A stretch of DNA of 64,000 nucleotides from the human T2T-CHM13v2.0 reference genome, Homo sapiens. Made by a program: the position numbers and the translations under genes. This document shows, piece by piece, positions 13,369 through 24,270 of the stretch (the stretch's first letter is position 1; each line of letters starts with the position of its first letter). The DNA lies in assembly GCF_009914755.1 (NCBI RefSeq), contig NC_060936.1; one strand, written 5' to 3'. The notes under the pieces were generated by a model. The model searched no databases. It saw nothing but the letters and a program-made list of their open reading frames with translations, and was not told the origin of the DNA.

Positions 13369-15639
13369 AAAAAATGGGCTATGAGCCTTGATTTAGTTTT
13401 GGGTTTTCAAGTTGCCCAAAGGAAAAAAAAATCAAAGTGAAATGAATTGCCTGATTGCATACCATCTAAAATTCAATTTATATGAGTGAAAGGAAACAGA
13501 CATGTTGCAATTTTTAATCCCTAAAACAACAACAACAACATTCACACACATAAACCCTGCATTTCAAAGAGTAGGGAAAGGAATGACCCTCATTTTCCTT
13601 CCCTTTGCCCTCCAAATCCTGAATTGGTTCACCCATTTATTTTTCTCCCTTGGAAAAATCAGAGAGGGGTACGATTTTAATGCAGCAGAGAATCTATGGA
13701 GCCGCTGAGCTCTCTCAGCCGGCAGCTTGTTACTGGGGAGGGGAGGAATATGGGTTATCCAACGGTCAGTATGGTAATCCAGGCACAATAAGGCCTCACA
13801 CACAATGGACACATATTTTTCTTCAGCGATGTCAGAAGGGAAGCGCTTTGTACTGAAACGTGTTTCCGAAAGAGAAACCAAATCGAGATTTAGAAAGGAG
13901 ATGGGGTGGAGGGGCAATTGCAGAGAGCATTTGGATGCTGGCAAAAGGTAGTCAGAAAAAATAAAAATAAATAAAACTGGGGCAAAGTGAGGTTGAGGAC
14001 AGGGCAGAGGTGCAGCCCCTGGGCCAGCAAGGCGGGAGGCAGGAGGGTGAAACACAAAAGAAGACAGGACCAGATACAAGGATTCATCACAGATGAGAGC
14101 TGCTTTAGTACCCCCACCCCCTCCCAATTAAGCCATTGCTAAGTGCAAAAGCCCTTCCAACGGATTTTATTTCTGTGCTTGTAATAATATCCAGGTGAAA
14201 ATGTTTGTGTGTATGTGTGTGGTATTTTACCCATGTGACAGGCGACTTCCTTGCTATTAAGCTATAGGAGCCCAAAGAGAGTTGCTGTTGTTGTTTTGTA
14301 AATGATGTAGATGAGTGTGGGCACATTTGGGGGAATCTTGGAGATTTCACTTTCTGGATGTGCATGTTGAATTAGCTGCACGAACCTGGAATGAAAACTC
14401 TACATATTTATAGCTGCATAAAGAGGCATTTAATATATTAATAAATATTAATAGTGTGCACGCATATATGTTAACCATAATAACCAAAGACAGACTTGAC
14501 ATTCAGTTGGGGGCATCTGAACCCTCTGTGTCTACTACTTATACTGGCCCAAAGTCAGTCTCCTTGACCCCCCTGCAGAAGCTCAGAAACCTGGCGGGGG
14601 TGGGATGTGACAGGCAACATATTGGGGAGGACTCCTTAACAAGTACAGGAGGGTGAAGATTGAAGAAAAGAGGGTTAGCGTCAGGGCACGGATGGTAAAA
14701 GGTGAGTGTGAGGGCTGAGAGGATGAGAGTCAGGCTCACAGCTCACCTTTCCAGGTGAGGCAGCCGCATCCAGGTACAGGCCTAGAAGGGAGACTGGGAG
14801 TGGGGCCGGGAAGGTTTCCTCCCTCTTCATCAACCCTCTCCACATGGCACCAAAGTTTGCTGAGCTTTGGACTTCCCGGTGGAGCCATCTGGGACTACAG
14901 TTCAGACTTAGGTACTAGGATTCAGCACTGGTTTCCCTTTGCCCTCTTCCAGCAATTTATAATGAACCCACCCCCACCACCAATGATTAAGACAACCCTC
15001 ACACAACCCAAACCACTATTAACCAAGCAGTAGCCTTCCTCCGCCCCCTCACTCACAGTCTCAACTTCCTCTCCAACCAAACCAGCCTGTCCTCACATGC
15101 AGAGAGTTCCGGACAAGAGTGGGCAAGGGTTCTCAGCCAACTCTGAGAATTTGGGAATCTCCATTAGAGGTGTTCAGCCTCTGGGGAACTCCTGTTCCTT
15201 CACCTGGCCTGGTTACAGTGGGGATGGGCACTGTCCTCTTGGAGAGAGAGTATTCAGGGACCACCAAGCACCAGCTCCTTGGGAGCTAAGCCCTGGCCCT
15301 GCTGAGCCTGGGGTGGGGCTGGGGGCCTAAGCATTGGAGGAGGGAAGGCAACGAGGGCCCAGGCGGGAATCCGCACCCTTTGGGCACGGCTGTGGGTCCA
15401 GCTTCCCTCTCATTCCAGCCCTTTGGGGAAGCCCTAATTTGGAAGTGGGGACCCTCTCCAACATCCCAAAGGTGATGAGAAAAGGATTGGAATCTCTTGC
15501 CTTCAGTCTCCCTCTCACAAGGGCTTTATTTTTTTTTTCCCTTTCCCCTCCTCATTCCCTTAATTGCAGATGTTCTAATTAAACCCTCAAATAGTTGTTA
15601 TGCCGTTTTAAAAGGTACTTATTCAAGTGTCAACCAGGC

Positions 15640-16020
15640 TGGGCTGGGAGGAGGTAGCGTAGGGCGGCGAATTAAAGGTAGATTGACTAATCACGGCGGC
15701 GATCATAATAATAAAATCAGAGGGAAAAAAAATCACATTACGACTTTTCGTGGAAAGGAGGGAGCAGGCAGCCAGCGGCCGCCAGCCCTGCGCCGCCGCC
15801 GACACAAAGAGTGCGGGCGATTCCGCGAGACTGATTTATGACGTTTTACAGCCCTATAAAAGCTGTAGCGACGAGGCAAGCGCTCCTACCACCGCTGGCA
15901 GATTTAGTCTAATAAATAAAACATAAACAGTTAACTTTATGTGTCACTTTTATTGTTATCAAGTAAAATATAGCTGAGCCCTGGCAAGCTATGATTTTAA
16001 ACTATAATTGTTATCAAGTA
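15640..16020 (+). promoter_or_regulatory. Candidate distal promoter/autoregulatory element upstream of HOXC4
   Basis: CpG-rich patch, TGATTTATGAC 15832-15842, TATAAAA 15855-15861, several TTTAT/ATAAA sites. Confidence 0.55.
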
Positions 16021-16724
16021 CAACAAGGGGACCCGGCTCCCTCCCTGGGCTCTCCCCTCCGCTACCCCCCGCAACTCTGAGTTATGGGCGATCAGTTAAT
16101 TGGAATCGGTGGCATGACAGGACCACCCCTAGCTGGGGGGGGGGGGTGGTGGTTAGGAAAGCAGCTTTTCCTGGCCCCCTCCCTCCTCTACGGCCCTGTC
16201 ACCCCCCTCCATCAGAGTATTACTGTGAGTGGGTGGCAGAGAGAGAGCAGGGGGTGTGAATGGGCTGGAGACCCCAAAGGCTGGCCGTGCCTCCCCAACT
16301 TGGTGAGCTTAGCCTTCCGTTTTTGGAAAGCAGCCTGGAGCTGGCCTTTAGGAATTCGTGTTTACATGTAAACACACGTGTTACATGGATACAGCTCCTA
16401 GCCAGAAGCAAGCAGGCTCTACCCACACAGGCCTCCCTCTTAGCTAGGTCTGCCCTCTGTGGGGACAGAGAAAGAACTCTCAGGATCTTGGCTGGGCACC
16501 ATCACAGGGCACTGACTCCTGGCAGAAAGCTCTCCTCCTTGCCCCAGCTCCTTGGAGATAATTGTCAGAAAATAGCAGGCCGGGCTGAATGGGGAGTGGA
16601 AACAGAAGCCAGCAGTAGAAGAGATCCTCTGCTCTGGGGCTGGGGCAGGGAGGGTCAGTGGGTAGCAGGGGAAGGCGAGACTTCTGAACTCTGCTTTTGC
16701 CAACCACTTCCTGTCTCTCTTCAG

Positions 16725-16841
16725 CGGGGGCTCAACCCCCAGACCTCCAGAAATGACGTCAGAATCATTTGCATCCCGCTGCCTCTACCTGCCTGGTCCA
16801 GCTGGGACCCTGCCTCGCCGGCCGCATGGCCAGAGGGTTGG
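16725..16841 (+). other. HOXC4: Upstream 5'-UTR exon (117 nt) of long HOXC4 transcripts, splicing to the acceptor at 17481/17482
   Basis: Acceptor cttcctgtctctcttcAG (AG 16723-16724), donor G|GTGAGT (16842-16847), downstream acceptor ttttccactccAG| 6 nt before the ATG; matches my recollection of an isoform initiated further upstream in the cluster. Confidence 0.7.
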
Positions 16842-17365
16842 GTGAGTGTGTATGGGGAAGAGGGGCTGGACTCTGGTATCCTTGGATGGGGGGCACTCCA
16901 GGCTCTCCAGCCTCCTCGGCTCAGCCTGGGCCCCTCCCCATCCAACATCCACTCCAGTCCTCATTCAACTTCCTCTTCCTGCGAAAGAGGGGCGCTGCCC
17001 CGTGACCTACACAGACTGAGACACGATCGCCATGAATGGAGACCTCTGGAAAAGCTCAGGAGCCGAGGCCCACGGGGCCCAGCAGAGGCCTGAGGGGAGA
17101 CCCTGGGCGGGGGCTGAATCACTGCCTCCCGACAGTCCCCCAATGCCCGGGCTTTGGAGGGGAGCCGGGAGCTTCCCATCTCCTTTTGCAGGGGAGGGTT
17201 GTCAGTCTGGCGGGATGTGCACTGGGGGCACTCCAACCTCTGCTAGCTAACCCCACATCACCACCCACCCCCGCCTCCCAGCACCACCACCACCACACAC
17301 ACAAAAAAATTGGATACATTTTGAATAAAGCGATTCGGTTCCTTATCCGGGGACTGGGTTGCTCC

Positions 17366-17487
17366 GTGTGATTGGCCGGAGGAGTCACATGGTGAAAGTA
17401 ACTTTACAGGGTCGCTAGCTAGTAGGAGGGCTTTATGGAGCAGAAAAACGACAAAGCGAGAAAAATTATTTTCCACTCCAGAAATTA
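17366..17487 (+). promoter_or_regulatory. HOXC4 proximal promoter/leader: inverted CCAAT box plus USF-type E-box
   Basis: ATTGG 17371-17375, GTCACATGG 17384-17392, AAATTAATG start context; NF-Y/USF modules are described at Hox4 promoters. Confidence 0.75.
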
Positions 17488-17926
17488 ATGATCATGAGCT
17501 CGTATTTGATGGACTCTAACTACATCGATCCGAAATTTCCTCCATGCGAAGAATATTCGCAAAATAGCTACATCCCTGAACACAGTCCGGAATATTACGG
17601 CCGGACCAGGGAATCGGGATTCCAGCATCACCACCAGGAGCTGTACCCACCACCGCCTCCGCGCCCTAGCTACCCTGAGCGCCAGTATAGCTGCACCAGT
17701 CTCCAGGGGCCCGGCAATTCGCGAGGCCACGGGCCGGCCCAGGCGGGCCACCACCACCCCGAGAAATCACAGTCGCTCTGCGAGCCGGCGCCTCTCTCAG
17801 GCGCCTCCGCCTCCCCGTCCCCAGCCCCGCCAGCCTGCAGCCAGCCAGCCCCCGACCATCCCTCCAGCGCCGCCAGCAAGCAACCCATAGTCTACCCATG
17901 GATGAAAAAAATTCACGTTAGCACGG
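17488..17926 (+). CDS. HOXC4: Homeobox protein Hox-C4, coding exon 1 (joins 18415-18770; 795 nt, 264 aa)
   Basis: ATG 17488; MIMSSYLMDSNYIDPKFPPCEEYSQ is the Hox4/Dfd N-terminus; VYPWMKKIHV hexapeptide; phase-1 donor G|GTAGGC at 17926/17927. Confidence 0.98.
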
Positions 17927-18087
17927 GTAGGCAACTTTGCTTTTTGCTCCCCCCCTCCCTCCCTTCTTCCCTAGCGCTCCCCACCCTCCTCGGCCCCCTC
18001 TGGCCCCCGTCCTCCTTTCTCTCCTTCCCCCTCTCTCTCCAGGAGCGACTCTGGGTTAGCACAATTGAACTGGATTTACGAGCGAGA

Positions 18088-18122
18088 ATGGGTAATTACA
18101 TCCCCCATAAATTTTATGGCTT
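18088..18122 (+). promoter_or_regulatory. Hox4 intronic homeodomain-binding cluster (HB1-like)
   Basis: GGTAATTACATCCCCCATAAATTTTATGGC: TAAT core plus inverted CATAAA/TTTATG sites. Confidence 0.7.
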
Positions 18123-18414
18123 AGCTACTCTGGGCAGTCCGAGCCATGTGCTACGATCTGTTATGTATGTGTGAAAACTATGCTCGCTTTCTAAGGGCGC
18201 ATAAATAATTCAGTGTCGTTACAATGAGGATTCCCCTCTTATTACACTACAAAGTCTTCAGCTTCCTTCAACTTCTTTATAACCCATTTAAGCTTGATGA
18301 CTTTATTTCCACCACTCCCTCCTCCTGTTTCTCAGAGCTGAGGATGGGGTGAGGGTGGGGGGCGGGGAGCCTGCTGCCTCTGAACCCCACTATTTGCTTT
18401 TCCCCTCCCCCCAG

Positions 18415-18770
18415 TGAACCCCAATTATAACGGAGGGGAACCCAAGCGCTCGAGGACAGCCTATACCCGGCAGCAAGTCCTGGAATTAGAGAAAGAGTTT
18501 CATTACAACCGCTACCTGACCCGAAGGAGAAGGATCGAGATCGCCCACTCGCTGTGCCTCTCTGAGAGGCAGATCAAAATCTGGTTCCAAAACCGTCGCA
18601 TGAAATGGAAGAAGGACCACCGACTCCCCAACACCAAAGTCAGGTCAGCACCCCCGGCCGGCGCTGCGCCCAGCACCCTTTCGGCAGCTACCCCGGGTAC
18701 TTCTGAAGACCACTCCCAGAGCGCCACGCCGCCGGAGCAGCAACGGGCAGAGGACATTACCAGGTTATAA
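18415..18770 (+). CDS. HOXC4: Homeobox protein Hox-C4, coding exon 2 (homeodomain)
   Basis: Pyrimidine tract plus CAG acceptor ending 18414; spliced G+TG gives Val; [58 protein letters not shown]; TAA ends 18770. Confidence 0.98.
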
Positions 18771-18846
18771 AACATAACTCACACCCCTGCCCCCACCCCA
18801 TGCCCCCACCCTCCCCTCACACACAAATTGACTCTTATTTATAGAA

Positions 18847-18881
<35 letters not shown>

Positions 18882-19595
18882 TTCTTTTCTCTCTTCCTCT
18901 CACCTTGTCCCTTGTCAGTTCCAAACAGACAAAACAGATAAACAAACAAGCCCCCTGCCCTCCTCTCCCTCCCACTGTTAAGGACCCTTTTAAGCATGTG
19001 ATGTTGTCTTAGCATGGTACCTGCTGGGTGTTTTTTTTTAAAAGGCCATTTTGGGGGGTTATTTATTTTTTAAGAAAAAAAGCTGCAAAAATTATATATT
19101 GCAAGGTGTGATGGTCTGGCTTGGGTGAATTTCAGGGGAAATGAGGAAAAGAAAAAAGGAAAGAAATTTTAAAGCCAATTCTCATCCTTCTCCTCCTCCT
19201 CCTTCCCCCCCTCTTTCCTTAGGCCTTTTGCATTGAAAATGCACCAGGGGAGGTTAGTGAGGGGGAAGTCATTTTAAGGAGAACAAAGCTATGAAGTTCT
19301 TTTGTATTATTGTTGGGGGGGGGTGTGGGAGGAGAGGGGGCGAAGACAGCAGACAAAGCTAAATGCATCTGGAGAGCCTCTCAGAGCTGTTCAGTTTGAG
19401 GAGCCAAAAGAAAATCAAAATGAACTTTCAGTTCAGAGAGGCAGTCTATAGGTAGAATCTCTCCCCACCCCTATCGTGGTTATTGTGTTTTTGGACTGAA
19501 TTTACTTGATTATTGTAAAACTTGCAATAAAGAATTTTAGTGTCGATGTGAAATGCCCCGTGATCAATAATAAACCAGTGGATGTGAATTAGTTT
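18771..19595 (+). other. HOXC4: HOXC4 3' UTR with poly(A) signals (end approximate)
   Basis: AATAAA at 19526-19531 and 19569-19574 followed by GT/T-rich sequence; (AT)n at 18851-18879. Confidence 0.8.
18851..18879. repeat. (AT)n microsatellite in HOXC4 3' UTR
   Basis: Direct reading. Confidence 0.95.
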
Positions 19596-21798
19596 TACGT
19601 CAATGTCTGATGGTTTCTTTTTATTCCCCTCCCTCTCTGGCCTGGTAACATCCCATCTTCTCTATAGTTGCCTAAGTTTACTTTAAACAAACACACAAAT
19701 CTTAGCTCTCCATTAGTCTTCCAATGTCCTTAGAAGAACAAGCAAGGGGGTTGGGGTATGGGATCTTCAGAAGAGGGGATGTGGAAGATTAAGGCTGATT
19801 TCTCCAGTCCCCTTCCTTCCCCCTGAGTCTGCAGAGAGACCAGACTCCTCTGGGGGCACTTCAGTGGAGCTGAGGGTGGGGAGTGTCTCACTTTTCTATA
19901 GTTAGGTACAGTTTCTTCTTTTTGTCTTTTCTCTCTCTTCCCTTCTCCCTCCTCTGTGCTGAGTAGGCCTGCCTACTTTGTAGACAAGGGGGCAAGTTTA
20001 GGGAGTGGGAAGGAGAATAGTTTTCTTTCATCTTTTAGGGCTCTTTTGGGATGAGGGATTAAGGAAGACATCCCCTCAACATTTGAGTTCTTAAAAGAAG
20101 GAAGGTTTTGAGCTGGTGACTCTGAAGCAGCAAAGTCACCTGTCAGGATGCCTTCTCTGTTTGTTTAGGCTTGGAAAAAAGACTGGCCAGAGGCCTGGGA
20201 GGTACCCTTGTTATGGATAGGCCTCAAAGGCTGATGCCTGGAGATAATAAAAGACTTTTACCTTTTTATTCTCTAACTTTTATTATGGACCTGCCAGGTG
20301 TTGCGAAGAGACTTAGGGAGAGTCAAGGACCACCCTCTCTTCCTATAACCTCCCAGGTCCTGGCAGCGTATGGGGATAGCCTGAACAAGTTTCTCTGGCT
20401 GTAAAGAAATAAATTAATTAAATAAATTTGTTTCCTTGGGGCTAAAAAAGAAACAAAAAATCTTGCCTGGATTACCTGAATACATTCAAGCCAAAGGCTC
20501 CCAAATAATTCTGGTCCTGAGATCCAGGCCCTAGCAAGGCCTGCTTAATTTTTTGCTTGTTTGTTAGGAGAAGGTGGGAGGAGGGCTGTTGGTGACCTTC
20601 TTCTCGGACGATTTATCCATATTTCAGGAAGAAAGGCAATTAGAAGTAGAAGACAGAGGGAGAAGAGATCTAGGGTATGCAGGGAAGCCAGGGATACCCC
20701 TTCCCCCTATCCCCAAATTCTGGAGTGAAAGGCAACAGCAGGACTAAGTTGTACAAATCACATTGGTGTGCTTTGAATTTATTTCCTTTTGAACCACTTG
20801 CTGGTTGTTACTTGGTGTGTGTGTGTGTGTGTGTGTGTATGCATGCCCTCACACGTGTGTGTGTTGGGGGGAGTCTCTTAGTCCTTTAGGTCTACTTTTC
20901 CTCCCTCAGTGGTACCCTGGAGACAACAAAACATGCTGCCTACAGTATGAGGAGGCAGGCCAACAATTATCTGGAGTTTTTTATGTAATCAAGTGAATTA
21001 GGGGCCAAATCTGACTGTAGCCCCTATCGTCTTGAGGCGATTGCCCTTGGAACAGAAAAAGGGGGTTCTAGCTGTGCTTAGGAAAAGGGAAGGAAGGTCT
21101 AAGGGCACCAGGGTGTCTTTTCAAGCCTGTAAAGGAGCTAAGATGGAAAGCAGGGAAGGGGTAAATTGAGATCCATGGTTCTTTCCTAAGTTTGCTCGCG
21201 TGGCTTTCAGGGAGTTTATCCCTCTCCTCCTGAAAGTGGAAGAGATGAGAGTGAGGAGGGGGAAAATTACTACATTTTATTTCCTAAGTTTCTCCCTGAA
21301 ATTGCAGAAGGGACACTCTAGTTCAGGAAAAGCAGCATAAAAGGGTCAGAACACTTATTTTATTTCCCCTTCTTTATGTCTTCTGTTTCTTCTCCTTCCT
21401 CTTCCCTCACATACATGGTCATTCTGCATGTGTCTCCTTCTGTTCTTTCTGGTCTGAAAAGGGGAAACATCAGAAATCCATAATTCTTGACAAATGAACC
21501 CAAACTAAAATCCCTTACATTTGAGTTTGAAGATTTTGGCCTCTGGCCTTCCCTCCAGTGGGCTCCATTTTCTCCCCTTTCCCCAAAGCTCTCCTTTGCC
21601 TTGGACTTGGCAACCCAGAATGGCATGGCAGGGTTGGGATGTGGGGGGCCAGTCTGGGCCGAGGGCCCCAAGCTCCAGCAGTCTTGGTCCCTGCTGCTCT
21701 GCCTGATGCTGCTACAGCCTCGCTGGGAAGCTGAGGGCTGGGCTTTTATTTAAGTTGGGTTGAGCAGTGGGGAAAGGCTGGGGGGAGGACACAGCCCA

Positions 21799-21815
21799 GG
21801 TTCACGGGGAGGACA
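21799..21815 (+). promoter_or_regulatory. DR5 retinoic acid response element 3' of HOXC4
   Basis: GGTTCA cgggg AGGACA; same half-site pair as Hox4-paralogue 3' neural-enhancer RAREs. Confidence 0.8.
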
Positions 21816-21819
21816 CAGC

Positions 21820-22131
21820 ATTTTCTCTCCCATTGCCTTTATATTCGGCAGCGCCTCTGACCTCTCCCCCACCCCCATCTCTGACCCTCCCAAGCCAGCC
21901 CTTGCTCAGCCCTGGTCTCCAGATAGGATGCCACTGCTTTTGTAGGACTGGGGATTTCTTGCCCAGAGTAATGGGAGAGGCAAGGCGCATGAATGCCTGT
22001 AAGTGCATTGTATCCCTCTCTCTTCAATGGCTAAGTAAAAAGAAGACGGGTGAAATGTCGACACCAATCTTCCAGGGTTCCTTCTCTCCAAGCGCCAGGA
22101 GATCCCCACAGGCCAAAGATCCCATTGACAC
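21820..22131 (+). ncRNA. Candidate first exon of a + strand lncRNA starting just 3' of the HOXC4 3' RARE (possibly FLJ12825)
   Basis: Consensus donor GTAAGT at 22132-22137; start position and name are recollection only, not demonstrable from sequence. Confidence 0.3.
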
Positions 22132-22515
22132 GTAAGTAGTTAGCACTCGGTCTGCTCTGGGGGTGAGGAGCACAAAAGTTTAAACTCTTATTTGCCACTC
22201 AATTTTTGTCTCAACTCCCGGTCTTAGGCAGGGAAGGCGGGAAATCCAATTGTAAGCGGAGGGGTTCTGCTTGGAGAAAAAGACGGTTCTGTGCTGAGTC
22301 TGTGTACCTGGGGAGTAAAGAAATTTGGCTCAAAAAAGAGAGAGTCTGAGAAAGTGAGACTGAGGGAAAAGGACTGGGGCACTTTGCCTTTCCGAGGGTC
22401 TCTTGCTGCTGTTTGTGTGAAGTTTCCTACAAAGTTTTCTCTGCAATCTGTGCTTCAGTTTTCTTTCTGCTTGGACTTGGCAGATTGAAATCCAGAGACA
22501 GCTTCCCACAGCTAG

Positions 22516-22517
<2 letters not shown>

Positions 22518-22561
<44 letters not shown>
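22518..22561. repeat. (GT)n microsatellite
   Basis: Direct reading. Confidence 0.95.
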
Positions 22562-22562
<1 letters not shown>

Positions 22563-23929
22563 GGGGGGAGTTGTAGGGAAGTGAAAACAATTAAAAGGTT
22601 TGCTGGGAGCTTGGAGCCAGGGTGTCCTTCTCTGCTTTTCTAGGATTAGGGGAGACTGACTCTGAAAGGGGCCCTTAAGATCAAGGGTGCTATGACGGGG
22701 AGGAGCAGTGCGCTGGAGCAACTGTACCATCTTTTTCTCTGCCTTTTGCCCAGTCCTGGGGGAGCAAGCTATTGCACTCACAAAACCACCGCTCCGGGTT
22801 TTCCACAGCTTCTATCTGGCACTGCACCTATGGAGAGCTAATTTTAATTTAAATGTTCCCCTTCCAAGAGACCCCTCTCAGGCTTGGAATGAGAGATGGA
22901 AGATCCCTGAACACCAGAACTCCAGCGGCCACCAGAGCAGAGGGAATATTTATTACCTCTCTGGATGTCATTACCTAAGAATACAATTTTATGAACTTCC
23001 TAATCTGTTAGCTTGATTTATCTGGATGGGCAGGAGCCCAAAATAAACATTTGGGGGATTTGTTAAAAAAAAAAAAAGTCTTTGCCTCTTACCAATGTTT
23101 TTGATAGAGCTGACCACCCTTCTCAGCCTGCTTTTTCTGCACCCTGCATTGCCAGCCCCATTTTGATTTTTCTCCTGCAGCGTGTGGCTGCTCCGGGTGT
23201 TGGAGTTTTAGCTGCCTCTTGATAATTAAAAATGGGGGCAGTGAACTCTGAGCTACAGATCTGTGAGGAGCCCTCGAACATTTTAAAACCTGCGCAGCTC
23301 AAGGAGCTCAGACCCCTTTGGAGCTTGGGGAGCAGAAAGAAGCTAAAGCTGATCTGGAGCTTTGCTCATCAGCCCTCCAATGCCAGGAGCCCCTGGCTCT
23401 CCCTCCACTCCTCCGGGTTTTTCTTCTCTTCTCTCTGGTGTCAGTTCCGTAGCTCTTTGAACGCAGGGCCAATCCAGCAGAGCCCACATCCAGGCCTGCC
23501 GGGATAAGGGCCTCTGCAGCCTCATCTTCCTGCTTCCACTTTCTGCCAGGCCTGGAGGATAAATCAGGAGGAAGGGAAGACAAGGATGGGTAGGGAATAT
23601 CAGACTATGTTTGAGGGCGATTAGGGTTACAGAGCCTAATAAAGAGGAAGGGACTATTTTAAATTTCCGGGCCCCATCAACAATTTTCAGATTCCTGAAT
23701 AGGCAGCATCCTCTAGGGTCAGCTCTGCCTGCCTCGATGGGGTATGAGTGAAGCCAAAATAGTGTCGCTTCTACTCACTCCTCCTTTCTGACTCCCTCTT
23801 TTCCCAGCATCAAAGATCGGGAGAGGAAAGTATACAGTATTTTAATTTCCAGGCAGAAAAAAACCCTGGAACCGAGTGTGCAGGAGGCACTGCCAGATAG
23901 CCAAACCCTAGGTTCCACTCTGGAGCTCT

Positions 23930-24270
23930 GGCTTCCCGGGAAGCCTGGCCGCGAGAGAATGGGGCAAAATGTGACTGTCTTCATGGGGTGGGGGTGTCCC
24001 AGCTCCCCTTCTCACAGAGGCCAGGGTCTTGAGGATCGCGAAATGGGGCCAGCCGGGGCAAAGACGAAGTTTCAAGGGCCAGCGGCAGCCAGGCTCCTCC
24101 TCTGGGTTCCACGCCACGTCCGCCCTGGGCGCGGTGTCGCCTTCAGCTGGGTCACGACCCCGGGCTTGGGCGGACAATAGGGGCGCGGGGCGGGGAGCGC
24201 GGGATGCGTGGCCAGCTGAGCGGGTTCACTGCGCGGTGAACTCCGCTGGGCCTGAGGGTCTCGCCCTTTA
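23930..24270. other. Small CpG island
   Basis: Dense CpG, GC boxes (ggggcgcggggcgggg). Confidence 0.65.

Noticed and set aside
16260-17093. 277-aa ORF, the longest non-Hox ORF
   Set aside because: Non-ATG start, no recognisable domain, GC-rich composition explains it
12000-17300. miR-10 family hairpin expected by analogy with HOXB/HOXD
   Set aside because: No TACCCTGTAGA-like mature sequence seen by eye
17927-18174. Track ORF 17488..18174 continuing past the hexapeptide
   Set aside because: Read-through into the intron; the donor at 17927 gives the canonical 264-aa protein
24149-24242. Nuclear-receptor-like palindromes GGGTCACGACCC and GGTTCA-n8-TGAACT
   Set aside because: Non-standard or imperfect arrangements in GC-rich DNA; insufficient without conservation data
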